From assembly GCA_965237905.1 (NCBI GenBank), contig OZ250172.1:1632001-1696000 (forward strand): DNA of 64,000 nucleotides. Direction: 5' to 3'. This document shows, piece after piece, positions 18,795-28,502 of this stretch. Within the stretch, counting starts at the first letter, position 1; every line of letters begins with the position of its first letter. Made by a program: the position numbers and the translations under genes. The stretch is from Nitrospinaceae bacterium (GTDB lineage: Bacteria; Nitrospinota; Nitrospinia; Nitrospinales; Nitrospinaceae). The notes under the pieces are model-generated. The model did not search any database and was not told where the DNA came from. It saw only the letters and a list, made by a program, of their open reading frames with translations.

Positions 18795-19991
18795 CTAGTC
18801 GTCGCAGGACATGATGAAGAGGGGTTTGTTTTCGAAGCTTTTGTAGTCGGGGCGGAGACGGTCGGTCTGGTAATGCTTCTTTAAATTCACGCGTTTTTTG
18901 CTGGCGGTGACTTCCTTTAATTCGACATCTTTATATTTGCCGTCGCGCACAGCGACCAGCCGTCCGCTTTGGCCTTCCAACAACAGGTTGAGCGCCATGT
19001 TGCCGTAGGCTACGGGCACGATGGAGTCGATCGCATCCGGTTGACCCGACCGCACCAGGTATCCCAGCTTCTGGCTGATGATGCCCACCCGTTCGCCGTC
19101 GTTGTGCTTCGGCGACAGTTCCTTGAGACGCGCCGCCACCTGATCGCCGATACCGCCGAGCTTTTTATGTCCGTACGCATCGGCCTCCTCGCCTTCGAAC
19201 ACCATACCGCTGTCGGCGAACATGGCGCCTTCGGAAACGATGACGATGGAATAGTTGCTGGGGTTCCTCCGCCGATCTTCGGACAACAGTTCCGCCAGAT
19301 GTTCAATATCGAAAGGGTGTTCGGGAATGAGACACCGGTTGCTGGCTCCGGCCATGGCGGGCAAAAGCGCGCTGAATCCGGCATAACGCCCGAACACTTC
19401 GACCACCAGGAACCGTTCGTGCGATCCCGCCGAGGTCCGTAATTGATTGGCCAGCTCAATCGTACGCGTCACGCAGGTGCTGAAACCGAGGCAGTAATCG
19501 GTACCGGCCACGTCGTTGTCCATCGTTTTAGGGATCGCCACCACGGGGCACCCTTCCTGATGAAGGCGCAAGGCATAATTCAAAGTATCGTCGCCGCCGA
19601 TGGGAATGAGGTGATCGATGCCCAGGTGATCCAGATTCTGTATCACTTCTGGCGTCAGGTCGTTGGTCTCCTGCGCATACGTCTTTTGGAGAGGAACCGG
19701 CACTGCTTTCTTTTTCACCTTGGAAGGATTGGTACGTGAAGTATGAAGAAACGTGCCGCCGGTGCGGCCCACCTTGTTGACGATCTGCCCGGTCAACACC
19801 TGGCAATACTCCTGCTCTTCCACTGGGCGGTCGCGGTCAATGCGGATCATCCCTTCCCAGCCCTTGCGGATGCCCAACACGCGATAGCCTTCGCGCAGGG
19901 CGCGCACGGTAATGGCACGGATCGCCGGGTTGAGTCCCGGCACATCTCCCCCGCCGGTCAATATTCCAATTGTGCCTTTGATGGGGGCCAT
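18795..19991 (-). CDS. Phosphofructokinase, probably PPi-dependent
   Basis: TGGGDVPGLN, GGTFLHTSR, GGDDT, PKTMDND, VEVFGR. Confidence 0.9.
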   Translation of the reverse strand: MAPIKGTIGILTGGGDVPGLNPAIRAITVRALREGYRVLGIRKGWEGMIRIDRDRPVEEQEYCQVLTGQIVNKVGRTGGTFLHTSRTNPSKVKKKAVPVPLQKTYAQETNDLTPEVIQNLDHLGIDHLIPIGGDDTLNYALRLHQEGCPVVAIPKTMDNDVAGTDYCLGFSTCVTRTIELANQLRTSAGSHERFLVVEVFGRYAGFSALLPAMAGASNRCLIPEHPFDIEHLAELLSEDRRRNPSNYSIVIVSEGAMFADSGMVFEGEEADAYGHKKLGGIGDQVAARLKELSPKHNDGERVGIISQKLGYLVRSGQPDAIDSIVPVAYGNMALNLLLEGQSGRLVAVRDGKYKDVELKEVTASKKRVNLKKHYQTDRLRPDYKSFENKPLFIMSCDD

Positions 19992-20016
19992 ATCTTTTAT
20001 CTGTGGTTATCGAGGG

Positions 20017-21363
20017 TTAGTCTTGATTTTCAGGAGTGGCCACCAAATCGTAATCCAGTGCGGCAGTGATGCGCACGGGAACGATATCTCCGGGTTCGGC
20101 CTCGCATTGCTCCAGAATCACCTGGCCGTCCACGTCTGGTCCTTGAAACGGCAAGCGCCCCAGCATGAGGAAGCCGTCGTCGGAATCCAGCCCTTCCACC
20201 AGCGCCGAATGGGTTTGCCCGACGCGTTCCCTGTTTTTGCGGAGGACGATCTCTCTCTGCGCGGCCATCAATTGATCGCGCCGCGCCGAGCCCAGCGCCA
20301 GGTCTATCTTATCGGGATAATCGAATGCCGTCGTGCCCGGTTCGTCCGAATAAGCGAACACGCCAACGTGATCGAACTGAACCTCGTTTACGAAATCGAG
20401 CATGTGTTCAAAGTATTCTTCCGTCTCGCCAGGAAATCCGGTAATGAACGTGGTGCGCAACGCGACGCCGGGGATACGTTGGCGCAGTTCGTCGATCATC
20501 TTTCGCACGCCGGCTTCCGTCTCCTGCCGTTTCATGTGTTTCAACATGAAATCGTGCGTATGTTGCAGAGGCACGTCGATGTACTTGCAGACCTGATCGA
20601 TGCGTTGCACGGCGTCCATCAAATCCGTAGTCAGCACCGTTGGATAGTTGTAGAACAGGCGTATCCAGTCGACTCCTTGCACCTCTGCCATCACTTCCAA
20701 TAATTGAATGAGACCGCGTTTCATGCCCAGGTCGTAACCGTAAAGCGTGGTGTCCTGCGACACGAGATTGAATTCCCGCACGCCGCCTGCGGCCAGTTGT
20801 TTGACCTCATCGACGATGGACTCTACCGGACGGCTCTGTATCGGACCGCGCAGTTTGGGGATGATGCAGAACGCGCATTTGTTGGAGCATCCTTCGGCAA
20901 TTTTGACATATGCGGAATAAAACGGCGTGGTCAGGACACGGTTGCCGGGCGTATCAAAATACTGCGCCGGTTCATGCACATGGTTGCGCTGTTGGGAACG
21001 ACCGGAGCCGTTCAAGAGATGCTTCAGCAAGGGGTACTGTTTGGTGCCGAGCAGGTGATCGATTTCCGGAATCTCTTGCAGCAGTTCTTCGGGATGGCGT
21101 TCCGCCAGGCATCCGGTGACGACCAACCGTTCGCACCGGCCTTTTGTTTTGTGCCCGGCCATTTCCAGAATGGTGTCGATCGATTCCTTGACTGACGATT
21201 GCAGAAACCCGCAGGTGTTAACGATAATGACGTCCGCTTGCGACTCATCCGGCGTCATCTCATAGCCGGACATCCCCAGGTCACCGAGCAGAGCTTCGGA
21301 GTCGACCAGATTTTTGGGACAGCCGAGGCTGACCATTCCTATTTTTTTAGGCATTTGATCCAT
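20017..21363 (-). CDS. rimO: Ribosomal protein S12 methylthiotransferase
   Basis: SLGCPKNLVDSE; NTCGF; radical SAM CSNKCAFC; C-terminal TRAM domain. Confidence 0.95.
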   Translation of the reverse strand: MDQMPKKIGMVSLGCPKNLVDSEALLGDLGMSGYEMTPDESQADVIIVNTCGFLQSSVKESIDTILEMAGHKTKGRCERLVVTGCLAERHPEELLQEIPEIDHLLGTKQYPLLKHLLNGSGRSQQRNHVHEPAQYFDTPGNRVLTTPFYSAYVKIAEGCSNKCAFCIIPKLRGPIQSRPVESIVDEVKQLAAGGVREFNLVSQDTTLYGYDLGMKRGLIQLLEVMAEVQGVDWIRLFYNYPTVLTTDLMDAVQRIDQVCKYIDVPLQHTHDFMLKHMKRQETEAGVRKMIDELRQRIPGVALRTTFITGFPGETEEYFEHMLDFVNEVQFDHVGVFAYSDEPGTTAFDYPDKIDLALGSARRDQLMAAQREIVLRKNRERVGQTHSALVEGLDSDDGFLMLGRLPFQGPDVDGQVILEQCEAEPGDIVPVRITAALDYDLVATPENQD

Positions 21364-21486
21364 AATATTCTTAAAAAAGAGTTAATCCGGCATCATACAG
21401 TATACGAGGAAATATGGAAATGAAATGCCGGAGGAAAGGGGAGCAACATTACTGTATCCCCTTCTTCCAGGGGGAGGAATATTTTA

Positions 21487-21519
21487 GGTCCAGCGTTACG
21501 CTGGCCGGGCTAGGCCCGG
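21487..21519. repeat. Modular palindromic repeat (A+B)
   Basis: GGTCCAGCGTTACGCTGG fused to GCCGGGCTAGGCCCGG, directly abutting the stop codon at 21520. Confidence 0.75.
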
Positions 21520-22134
21520 TCATTTTCGGGCGGCACTGAGTTTCTTTTGCATACGCCGGAGGAGTTCGGAATAATCGTTTTTCTTGATTGTCTTGTAAAA
21601 CTGCGTGCGCAGGTTGTTGCGCATACTCACCCCGTCGAGGATGACGTCCACCACCCGCCAGCGGGCGGAATTTTGCTCCAGCACAAAATCGAGGCCGACT
21701 TCCCCCTCCTCCTTGTGAACCACGGTGATGGGAACGGTGGCAGTTTTCCCATCCATCTGGGTGGAGGCATATTTGATATTCATCTCGCCAAAGAATTTGG
21801 AGGAATTGGGGAAGGCCACATACCGGAAAATGTCCCCCAACAATTGTACAAACTCATCCTGCTCTTTTTTACTCCGCTCTTTCCAATACTTTCCCAGAGT
21901 TGTTTGGCTGACCTGACGGACATCCATAAGAACCACCGCCTGACGGGAAATCTTATCATTCGCCTGTTGTTGTTCCGGCGTCAGAGGCTTCTTGTGATGC
22001 AACTGAGTGATGGACTGTAATAGTTGCTGCACGGTATCTTTCGGGGCGTCCGCAAGGGCGGCATCCGGGGCGGGTCCGGTCAGCCCAATCAGAATAAAAA
22101 CGACGAACAGGTGTAAGGTTTTGAGAAGTTTCAT
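21520..22134 (-). CDS. MlaC/Ttg2D-family periplasmic lipid-binding protein
   Basis: Signal peptide; TLGKYWK..S..EQDEFVQL; WRVVDVILDGVSM..NLRTQF. Confidence 0.85.
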   Translation of the reverse strand: MKLLKTLHLFVVFILIGLTGPAPDAALADAPKDTVQQLLQSITQLHHKKPLTPEQQQANDKISRQAVVLMDVRQVSQTTLGKYWKERSKKEQDEFVQLLGDIFRYVAFPNSSKFFGEMNIKYASTQMDGKTATVPITVVHKEEGEVGLDFVLEQNSARWRVVDVILDGVSMRNNLRTQFYKTIKKNDYSELLRRMQKKLSAARK

Positions 22135-22222
22135 GACTGGAGATATGATACATTAACGAGTTAAAGATAGCTGATCCGCCAGCTCCCTCCGGCGTTGCAG
22201 GTCCTCCAGTATAACTTAAATC

Positions 22223-23003
22223 ATGAGCCGAACGACTCCAAAACTTGGATGCAGACTTCTATGGATTGTCGGGATTGCCGGAGCGGCGATTCTGATGCTG
22301 GGCTTTGCCGTGCCTACCGGGGCCATGGAAAACATCCCCCCCCTCGTGCAAAGTGTATACGGGTGAGGCCTCCCTGGAATCTCTAAAACAAAGGGAAAGC
22401 CATTTGAAAGATGAGTTTCTTCTTTCTTCATCGGCAGCCATCGGCGATCACTGTGAAATGGCGCATGTCCATTACAAGCTGGCTCGAATATTGCCCGACC
22501 AGCGGGTTCAATATCTGAATTCCTGTATCGATCATTCACAGAGAGCCGTTCTCCGGGACTCCCGTGCCGGGGGCGGTTATTTTTTCAAAGGACTGTGCCT
22601 CGGGCGGTTGGGGGAGTTGAAAGGTATGTGGAATAGTCTGAAAATCATCGGGCCATTCCGCGAAAGCATGGAAGCCGCGGTTAAAATAGATCCTGCAATC
22701 GACCATGGCGGACCGCACCGCGCGCTGGGCCGGCTTTATTTCAAGTTACCGGGGGTCCTCGGCGGCGACATCAAAAAATCCATTGACCATTTGTTGAAAG
22801 CCGTGGATTATGGACCCCAGTATTGGGAAAATCACTATTTTCTTGCCGAGTCGTATTTTGAAAATCGTCAATACCTGTTGGCCCGGACCGAACTTCAAAG
22901 AACAATAGAAATTGCGTCGCAACCGAACGACGATCCAGACAGCAAGACCCACGCGGTCGAGTTTCAGGCATTGATGAAATCCATCGAACGCAACCTGCAC
23001 TGA
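22223..23003 (+). pseudogene. Exported TPR protein, frameshifted in a C8 tract (22336-22343)
   Basis: ATG 22223 encodes a signal peptide (MSRTTPKLGCRLLWIVGIAGAAILMLGFAVPTGA) that joins the TPR frame only if one C is removed. Confidence 0.7.
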
Positions 23004-23009
23004 GGCCCC

Positions 23010-24701
23010 ATGCTTCAGGAAATCCGCATTACAAATTTCGCTATCATCGAAAACCTTGCCATTGAGTTTCATGCCGGCCTCAACGTATTGACCGGTGAAA
23101 CCGGCGCGGGCAAATCCATTATCATCGATGCGCTTAACTTGATTCTGGGCGGCCGCGCGGATACCGATACCATCCGTTCCGGCGCTTCTACCGCCACCGT
23201 TGAAGCTTGCCTCACCCTCGACGATCCCAAAACCCTGGCGATGATCGCCGATCTCGGTATCGAAGTGGAAAACGGGCAGGTGATCATCAAACGCATCATT
23301 TCCAACAGTGACAAAAACCGGACGTACCTCAACAACAGCAATCTCACCGTTGCCGCCCTGTCCAAAATCGGCGACCGGTTGATCGATATCCACGGCCAAC
23401 ACGATCATCAATCCCTGCTTCATCCGGAAACGCATGTCGATCTTCTGGATCATTACGGGAAACTGCTGGCCGACCGCGACGCGTTCCAAGAACACTACGC
23501 CGCTTACCAGAAAAAAATTCAAACCCTCAAGCAGATGCAGACGAATCAGGGCGAACGCCTGCAGAGGCAGGACCTGCTCAATTTCCAGATTGGCGAAATC
23601 GACAAGGCCGGATTATCTGTCGGCGAAGACGATGCATTGAAAAACGAAAAAAACAAATTGAACCACGCCGAAAAACTGCACCAGTCGGTACAAAACGCGT
23701 TGGACCTGCTGGCAGATGCGGAAGGGTCGGCGCTGGAGTTGTTGGGCCGGGTGGACCGCGAACTGCAAAGCCTTCCGGAAATCGATCCGGCTCTGGAAAT
23801 CCAGGCCCAGCGCGGGCAAACCGCTTATCTCGAGGCGCAGGAGCTTGCCGAGGAATTGCGCGATTACCAGAGGACGATCGAATTCAACCCGGCGCGCCTG
23901 GAAGAAATCGAGGACCGTCTCGCGGAAATCAACGGGCTGAAACGCAAGTATGGCAACGACATTACCACCATCCTCGAATACCGGGCGACCATCGGCAGTG
24001 AGTTGGAAGCGCTGTCCATGGGTGAAGAGTCCATGGACACGTTGAAGGCGGAGATACAAACTCAGCAGAAGGAATTAGCTGGACTCGCCGTCGAGCTGGC
24101 GAAGCAACGGGAACAGGCCGCAGACACACTGAAGAAAGATGTGGAGAAGGAGCTTCGTGACTTGAGTATGAAGCACGTGCAATTCGGCGTGCGCTTTCTG
24201 TACGAGCCGGACGCGGAAGGCTTCACCACTTATAAAAACAAGAAGACGCGGACCCATGCCAACGGCATCGGCGAAATCGAGTTTTTATTCTCGCCCAATC
24301 CAGGAGAAGAACTGCGCCCGCTGGCGAAGATCGCATCCGGCGGTGAAATCTCGCGGGTAATGTTGTCGCTCAAATCCATTCTGAACGAGCAGGACCCGGT
24401 ACCCGTTATGGTGTTCGATGAAGTGGACAGCGGCATCAGCGGTGGCGTGGCGGAAAAGGTCGGCGCCAAGTTGAAAAAAATTTCCAAGCAGAAACAGATT
24501 TTATCCATCACCCACCTGCCGCAAATCGCGGGCATGGCGGACTCGCACTACCGGGTTCACAAAACGGTTTCCGGAAAGCGCACCCGTTCCACCATCATCG
24601 AGTTGGATTACGAACACCGCGTGGAAGAAATCGCCCGCATGTCCGGTGGCGAAACCATCACCGAAACCACCCTCAAGTACGCGCGGGAAATGATCAAGTA
24701 A
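23010..24701 (+). CDS. recN: DNA repair protein RecN
   Basis: LTGETGAGKS; IHGQHDHQ; ASGGEISR; VFDEVDSG; ITHLPQ. Confidence 0.98.
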   Translation: MLQEIRITNFAIIENLAIEFHAGLNVLTGETGAGKSIIIDALNLILGGRADTDTIRSGASTATVEACLTLDDPKTLAMIADLGIEVENGQVIIKRIISNSDKNRTYLNNSNLTVAALSKIGDRLIDIHGQHDHQSLLHPETHVDLLDHYGKLLADRDAFQEHYAAYQKKIQTLKQMQTNQGERLQRQDLLNFQIGEIDKAGLSVGEDDALKNEKNKLNHAEKLHQSVQNALDLLADAEGSALELLGRVDRELQSLPEIDPALEIQAQRGQTAYLEAQELAEELRDYQRTIEFNPARLEEIEDRLAEINGLKRKYGNDITTILEYRATIGSELEALSMGEESMDTLKAEIQTQQKELAGLAVELAKQREQAADTLKKDVEKELRDLSMKHVQFGVRFLYEPDAEGFTTYKNKKTRTHANGIGEIEFLFSPNPGEELRPLAKIASGGEISRVMLSLKSILNEQDPVPVMVFDEVDSGISGGVAEKVGAKLKKISKQKQILSITHLPQIAGMADSHYRVHKTVSGKRTRSTIIELDYEHRVEEIARMSGGETITETTLKYAREMIK

Positions 24702-24782
24702 CAATCTTTTTGATTATCAAATAATGAAAATATATGTGGATGTTAATGTTGAGTGGCTGGGGCCAAAAGCCAAGGAATGAGC

Positions 24783-24897
24783 CCCCTCACCTTAATCCTC
24801 TCCCCTTGGGGGAGAGGAGATTTTTTGAATCCTGTTCATCCTGCTAATCCCGTTATCCTGTCTTCTTAGGGTTTTCTTCGCCTCCTCTGCGGTGAAA
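24783..24897. repeat. Intergenic repeat cluster: CTCTCCCC/GGGGAGAG hairpin, ATCCTG x4 unit, CTCTGCGGTG
   Basis: 24828-24862 is 34/35 identical to 45762-45796. Confidence 0.75.
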
Positions 24898-24919
24898 CTT
24901 TTACTTTCTCTTAAAAGAA

Positions 24920-25666
24920 TTATTTACCCTGGGCCTGTTGGGCAACGGCTTGCGCGGCTTTTTTCGCCGCTTCGGGGTCGCCCAGATAATAATGCTTTGT
25001 GGACTTCAGGTTTTCATCCAATTCGTAGACAAGTGGAATGCCGGTGGGGATGTTGAGTTCGGTGATGTCCTGTTCGCTGATGTTGTCGAGATGCATGACC
25101 AGTGCACGCAGGCTGTTGCCGTGGGCGCAGATCAAAACCTTTTTACCGGACTTGATGGCGGGTACAATCTCGTCGGACCAATAAGGCAGAAACCGCGCGA
25201 CGGTTTCCTTGAGTGACTCCGTCTGCGGCAGTTCTTTCGGGTCAACGTCCGCGTAACGCGGATCGTTGTGGGGCAGGCGGTCATCGTCATCGGGCAGGGG
25301 AGGCGGGGGAATATCGTAACTACGCCGCCAGATCTTTACTTGATCCGCGCCATGCTGTTCCGCGGTTTCCGTTTTGTTCAATCCCTGCAGATTGCCGTAA
25401 TGCCGCTCGTTCAACCGCCACGAGCGGTGCACCGGTATCCACATCAAATCCATCGCGTCGAGAGTGATCCATAACGTCCTAATGGCACGTTTGAGCACCG
25501 AAGTGTAAGCCACGTCAAAGGTCAACCCGGCATCCAGGATCGCTTTTGCGCCCTCCTGCGCTTCACTGCGGCCCTGATCGGTGAGATCAACATCCGTCCA
25601 ACCGGTAAAACGGTTTTCAAGATTCCAGATACTTTGTCCATGCCGCATCAGCACCACTTTGTACAT
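24920..25666 (-). CDS. gpmA: 2,3-BPG-dependent phosphoglycerate mutase
   Basis: MRHGQS.WN.ENRFTGW; LNERHYG; AHGNSLR; IPTGIP. Confidence 0.97.
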   Translation of the reverse strand: MYKVVLMRHGQSIWNLENRFTGWTDVDLTDQGRSEAQEGAKAILDAGLTFDVAYTSVLKRAIRTLWITLDAMDLMWIPVHRSWRLNERHYGNLQGLNKTETAEQHGADQVKIWRRSYDIPPPPLPDDDDRLPHNDPRYADVDPKELPQTESLKETVARFLPYWSDEIVPAIKSGKKVLICAHGNSLRALVMHLDNISEQDITELNIPTGIPLVYELDENLKSTKHYYLGDPEAAKKAAQAVAQQAQGK

Positions 25667-25902
25667 GCCATTGACCCTTCAAAAATTGAATATTCGAACC
25701 ACGGGCGGTGGCTCCGCAAGGAATCCGAATTGTAACCCATCCCCAATAAAAACGCGATTGGGAGTGCAAAAATTTTCCTGGTTTGAGTGGATAACCGCCT
25801 GTCGTCTAAAATTTAAGGCTCGCAAATCAGTCTATTGTGTACAGAGTGCCCATAAAGGTTTAAAATTTAATTATTGCTCGGAAAACGAAACAGGGACAGT
25901 TT

Positions 25903-26871
25903 ATGGCCGATTCCGAAAAAACGGAATTCAGACAGATTACGCATACTTTTTTCGAAAAAGAATGGCGGGAAGGCTTTGACATCTTCTATCAAGTCTCCAA
26001 CGATGGAGAGCAGAAATTTGTCAAATTCGCTGAATTCGATCCCCAGGATTACTCCCGCCTGGATGCCATTTTTAAAGAAAAGCAAAGTGAAGTTTTTTAT
26101 ATCAAGGAAACCGATCTTTACAAATATTATCAGTTCAATATTTTAAAACACCTGCTTTTGGAACTCGCGCAGGAAAACCTTTCCGCGTGGGAAGTCTTTC
26201 GAAAGGTGTATCCCGTTGCGATGCGCATTCTCCAGGATTATCTGGAAATCTCCGCCTCGGATGCATTTTTGGAACTGTTGGATGAAATTCCCGAGGTACT
26301 GGCGGGATCTCTGGGCCCGGAGAACCTGCCATTTTACGAATTGTACGGCATCACCTTGAAGGAAAATACGATCCATGCGCATTGCGTTAACGTGGGATTG
26401 TACTGCCTGTGTCTGGCCCGGGAACTGGAAATGGACTGTAAAGACCGTGAAGAAATCTGCCGGGGTGGCCTGCTGGCGGATATCGGCAAACAATTCATTC
26501 CCAGGGAAGTACTGCTCAAGGAAGGTGAGTTGACGGAAGAAGACCGGCAGACCATCCGGCGGCATCCCGCCTTCGGCAAAAAAGCGTTGAATGAATTGAA
26601 GCGTTATTCCAGCACCGTGCTCCGCATGACAGCGGAACACCACGAGAACTTTGACGGAACCGGTTACCCACTGAAGATCGCGGGAAACAATATCGACACC
26701 GCCGCGCGGATTTGCAAAATCGCAGATGTCTTCAACGCGCTGACCAGCCGACGGTCCTACGGCGAGGTGATGACACCCGAACAAGCCCTGACGTTTATGA
26801 AAGAAGATTTGAGGGGGCAGTTCGACCCTGAACTATTGACCGCTTTTTTTATATACGTGGACCGGCAATAA
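25903..26871 (+). CDS. HD-GYP domain protein with degenerate HD dyad
   Basis: HHENFDGTGYP and IADVF.AL...R.Y present; LLADIGK instead of LLHDIGK. Confidence 0.85.
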   Translation: MADSEKTEFRQITHTFFEKEWREGFDIFYQVSNDGEQKFVKFAEFDPQDYSRLDAIFKEKQSEVFYIKETDLYKYYQFNILKHLLLELAQENLSAWEVFRKVYPVAMRILQDYLEISASDAFLELLDEIPEVLAGSLGPENLPFYELYGITLKENTIHAHCVNVGLYCLCLARELEMDCKDREEICRGGLLADIGKQFIPREVLLKEGELTEEDRQTIRRHPAFGKKALNELKRYSSTVLRMTAEHHENFDGTGYPLKIAGNNIDTAARICKIADVFNALTSRRSYGEVMTPEQALTFMKEDLRGQFDPELLTAFFIYVDRQ

Positions 26872-26878
26872 CTCCGGG

Positions 26879-27451
26879 TTATCCCTGCGCGTCTTCCTGC
26901 CGAATAAAATTCCTGCCGGTGCGTTCCTCGGGTTCGCGGGACACTTCTTCCAACAGTAACTGACAGATGCGCGTTTTGCCGGGCGTCACTTCGATCGCAA
27001 AGGGACCATGATTAAACATTTCGAGGGTGATGATGCCGAGCCCGGTGCCACAATGGATCATCGGCGCCGTCATGTGCACCGAAAATCCCAGCCGTGCCAG
27101 ACTGCTTTTACCCTCGACTCGCCCCGCGAGCTTCGACCCGGCGGGGAAGCGGACTTTCCCCAAGGTGGAGCCGAGATAAACCCGGTTGGGTTGCAAAAGA
27201 TATTTGCCCGACGGCTCCTTATCCACCTCCACCTGATGGAGCTTGGAAAATCCCCGGTAGTTGTATTCGTCCAGATTGATTTTGAGCGTCTCGTTATCCG
27301 GCCGAGTCAGTTCGGGATCCCAGATCCACAAAGGCTCGCCCATATGCAGGTCGATAGAGGTGGTGTCGATTTGCTCCTTACCGGGGGCGGGCTCGATCAT
27401 CATCCGCCCTTCTGCCAACGCTTTATGAATATCGTCGCCGCTTAAAATCAT
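26879..27451 (-). CDS. dcd: dCTP deaminase
   Basis: MILS..DI; SIDLH; VEGKSSLARLG; ITLE; RICQL; ATG overlaps the tlyA stop (ATGA). Confidence 0.85.
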   Translation of the reverse strand: MILSGDDIHKALAEGRMMIEPAPGKEQIDTTSIDLHMGEPLWIWDPELTRPDNETLKINLDEYNYRGFSKLHQVEVDKEPSGKYLLQPNRVYLGSTLGKVRFPAGSKLAGRVEGKSSLARLGFSVHMTAPMIHCGTGLGIITLEMFNHGPFAIEVTPGKTRICQLLLEEVSREPEERTGRNFIRQEDAQG

Positions 27452-28244
27452 ACGCCCACCGTTTCCCGGATGAGGGTGTCGTCCACACCGCTCTCCGTAT
27501 TCTGTTGCATCCCATGAATGAGATACTCCTGGTTGCCCTTCTGCCCCTTGATGGGCGAACGGCACACCTGCGCCAGACACCAGCCCGATGCCTCAATGAA
27601 TTGTTTCAGCTCCAGCAATACCTTCATATGTTTGTTCAGGTCGGTGATGACGCCCTGGTTTTCGACTTCATCCTTACCGACTTCAAACTGCGGTTTGACC
27701 AGCGCGATCCACTGACCGCCCGGTTTTAATATTGGGAACACGGCGGGCAGGATCAGCTTGAGAGAAATGAACGCGACATCGATCACCGCCAGGTCCAACG
27801 GTTCACCGCCTACCTCGTCCAATGACAATTGGCGGGCATTCTTACGGTCGATCATCACCACCCGGTCGTCCGATTGCAGTTTCCAATCGAGCTGGCCGTA
27901 CCCGACATCGACGGCAAATACTTTTGCCGCTCCATTCTGTAAAAGGCAATCGGTAAACCCGCCGGTCGACGCGCCAACGTCCACCGCCGTCTGCCCCGAT
28001 GGATCGATTTTGAATTCCTTGAGCGCCTGTGCCAGTTTCAATCCGCCGCGGCTGACGTAGGGGTTGGGATCTTCCGCGACCGAAACGTCGGCATCCTCCG
28101 CTACCATGCGGCCCGGCTTGTCCGCCGGGGCGTCGCCGAGTCGCACCTTGCCCGCGAGAATCAGGCTTTGGGCGCGTTCCCGCGACGACACCAGTTTTTT
28201 TTTACCAGCAATTGGTCGAGGCGGATTTTTTTAGTCGTCGTCAT
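27448..28244 (-). pseudogene. tlyA: TlyA-family rRNA methyltransferase, frameshifted in an A9 tract
   Basis: YVSRGGLKL, DVGASTGGFT, LVKPQFE; N-terminus MTTTKKIRLDQLLV is one base out of frame at 28195-28203. Confidence 0.85.
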
Positions 28245-28485
28245 CCGCGTCATCCTCATCCGCATCGGCGGGAAACAGTTCCGCGACCAGTTCGCCCTTC
28301 TGGTTTTTGGTGAGCTTTTCAATTTTCTGTTCCGCTTCGTTCAGTTTCTTGGAACAAACGCGCGACATCTTGATCCCTTCCTCAAAAATTTCCAGGGACT
28401 TATCGATGTCCAGCTCGCCCTTTTCCAATTCCTCGACGATTTGTTCGATACGGTTCATCGCCTTTTCAAATTTGATTTCAGCCAT
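28231..28485 (-). CDS. xseB: Exodeoxyribonuclease VII small subunit
   Basis: FEKAM.RIEQIV.ELE.G.L...SL..FEEG. Confidence 0.95.
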   Translation of the reverse strand: MAEIKFEKAMNRIEQIVEELEKGELDIDKSLEIFEEGIKMSRVCSKKLNEAEQKIEKLTKNQKGELVAELFPADADEDDADDDD

Positions 28486-28502
28486 AGAGATTCTCCTGAT
28501 CC

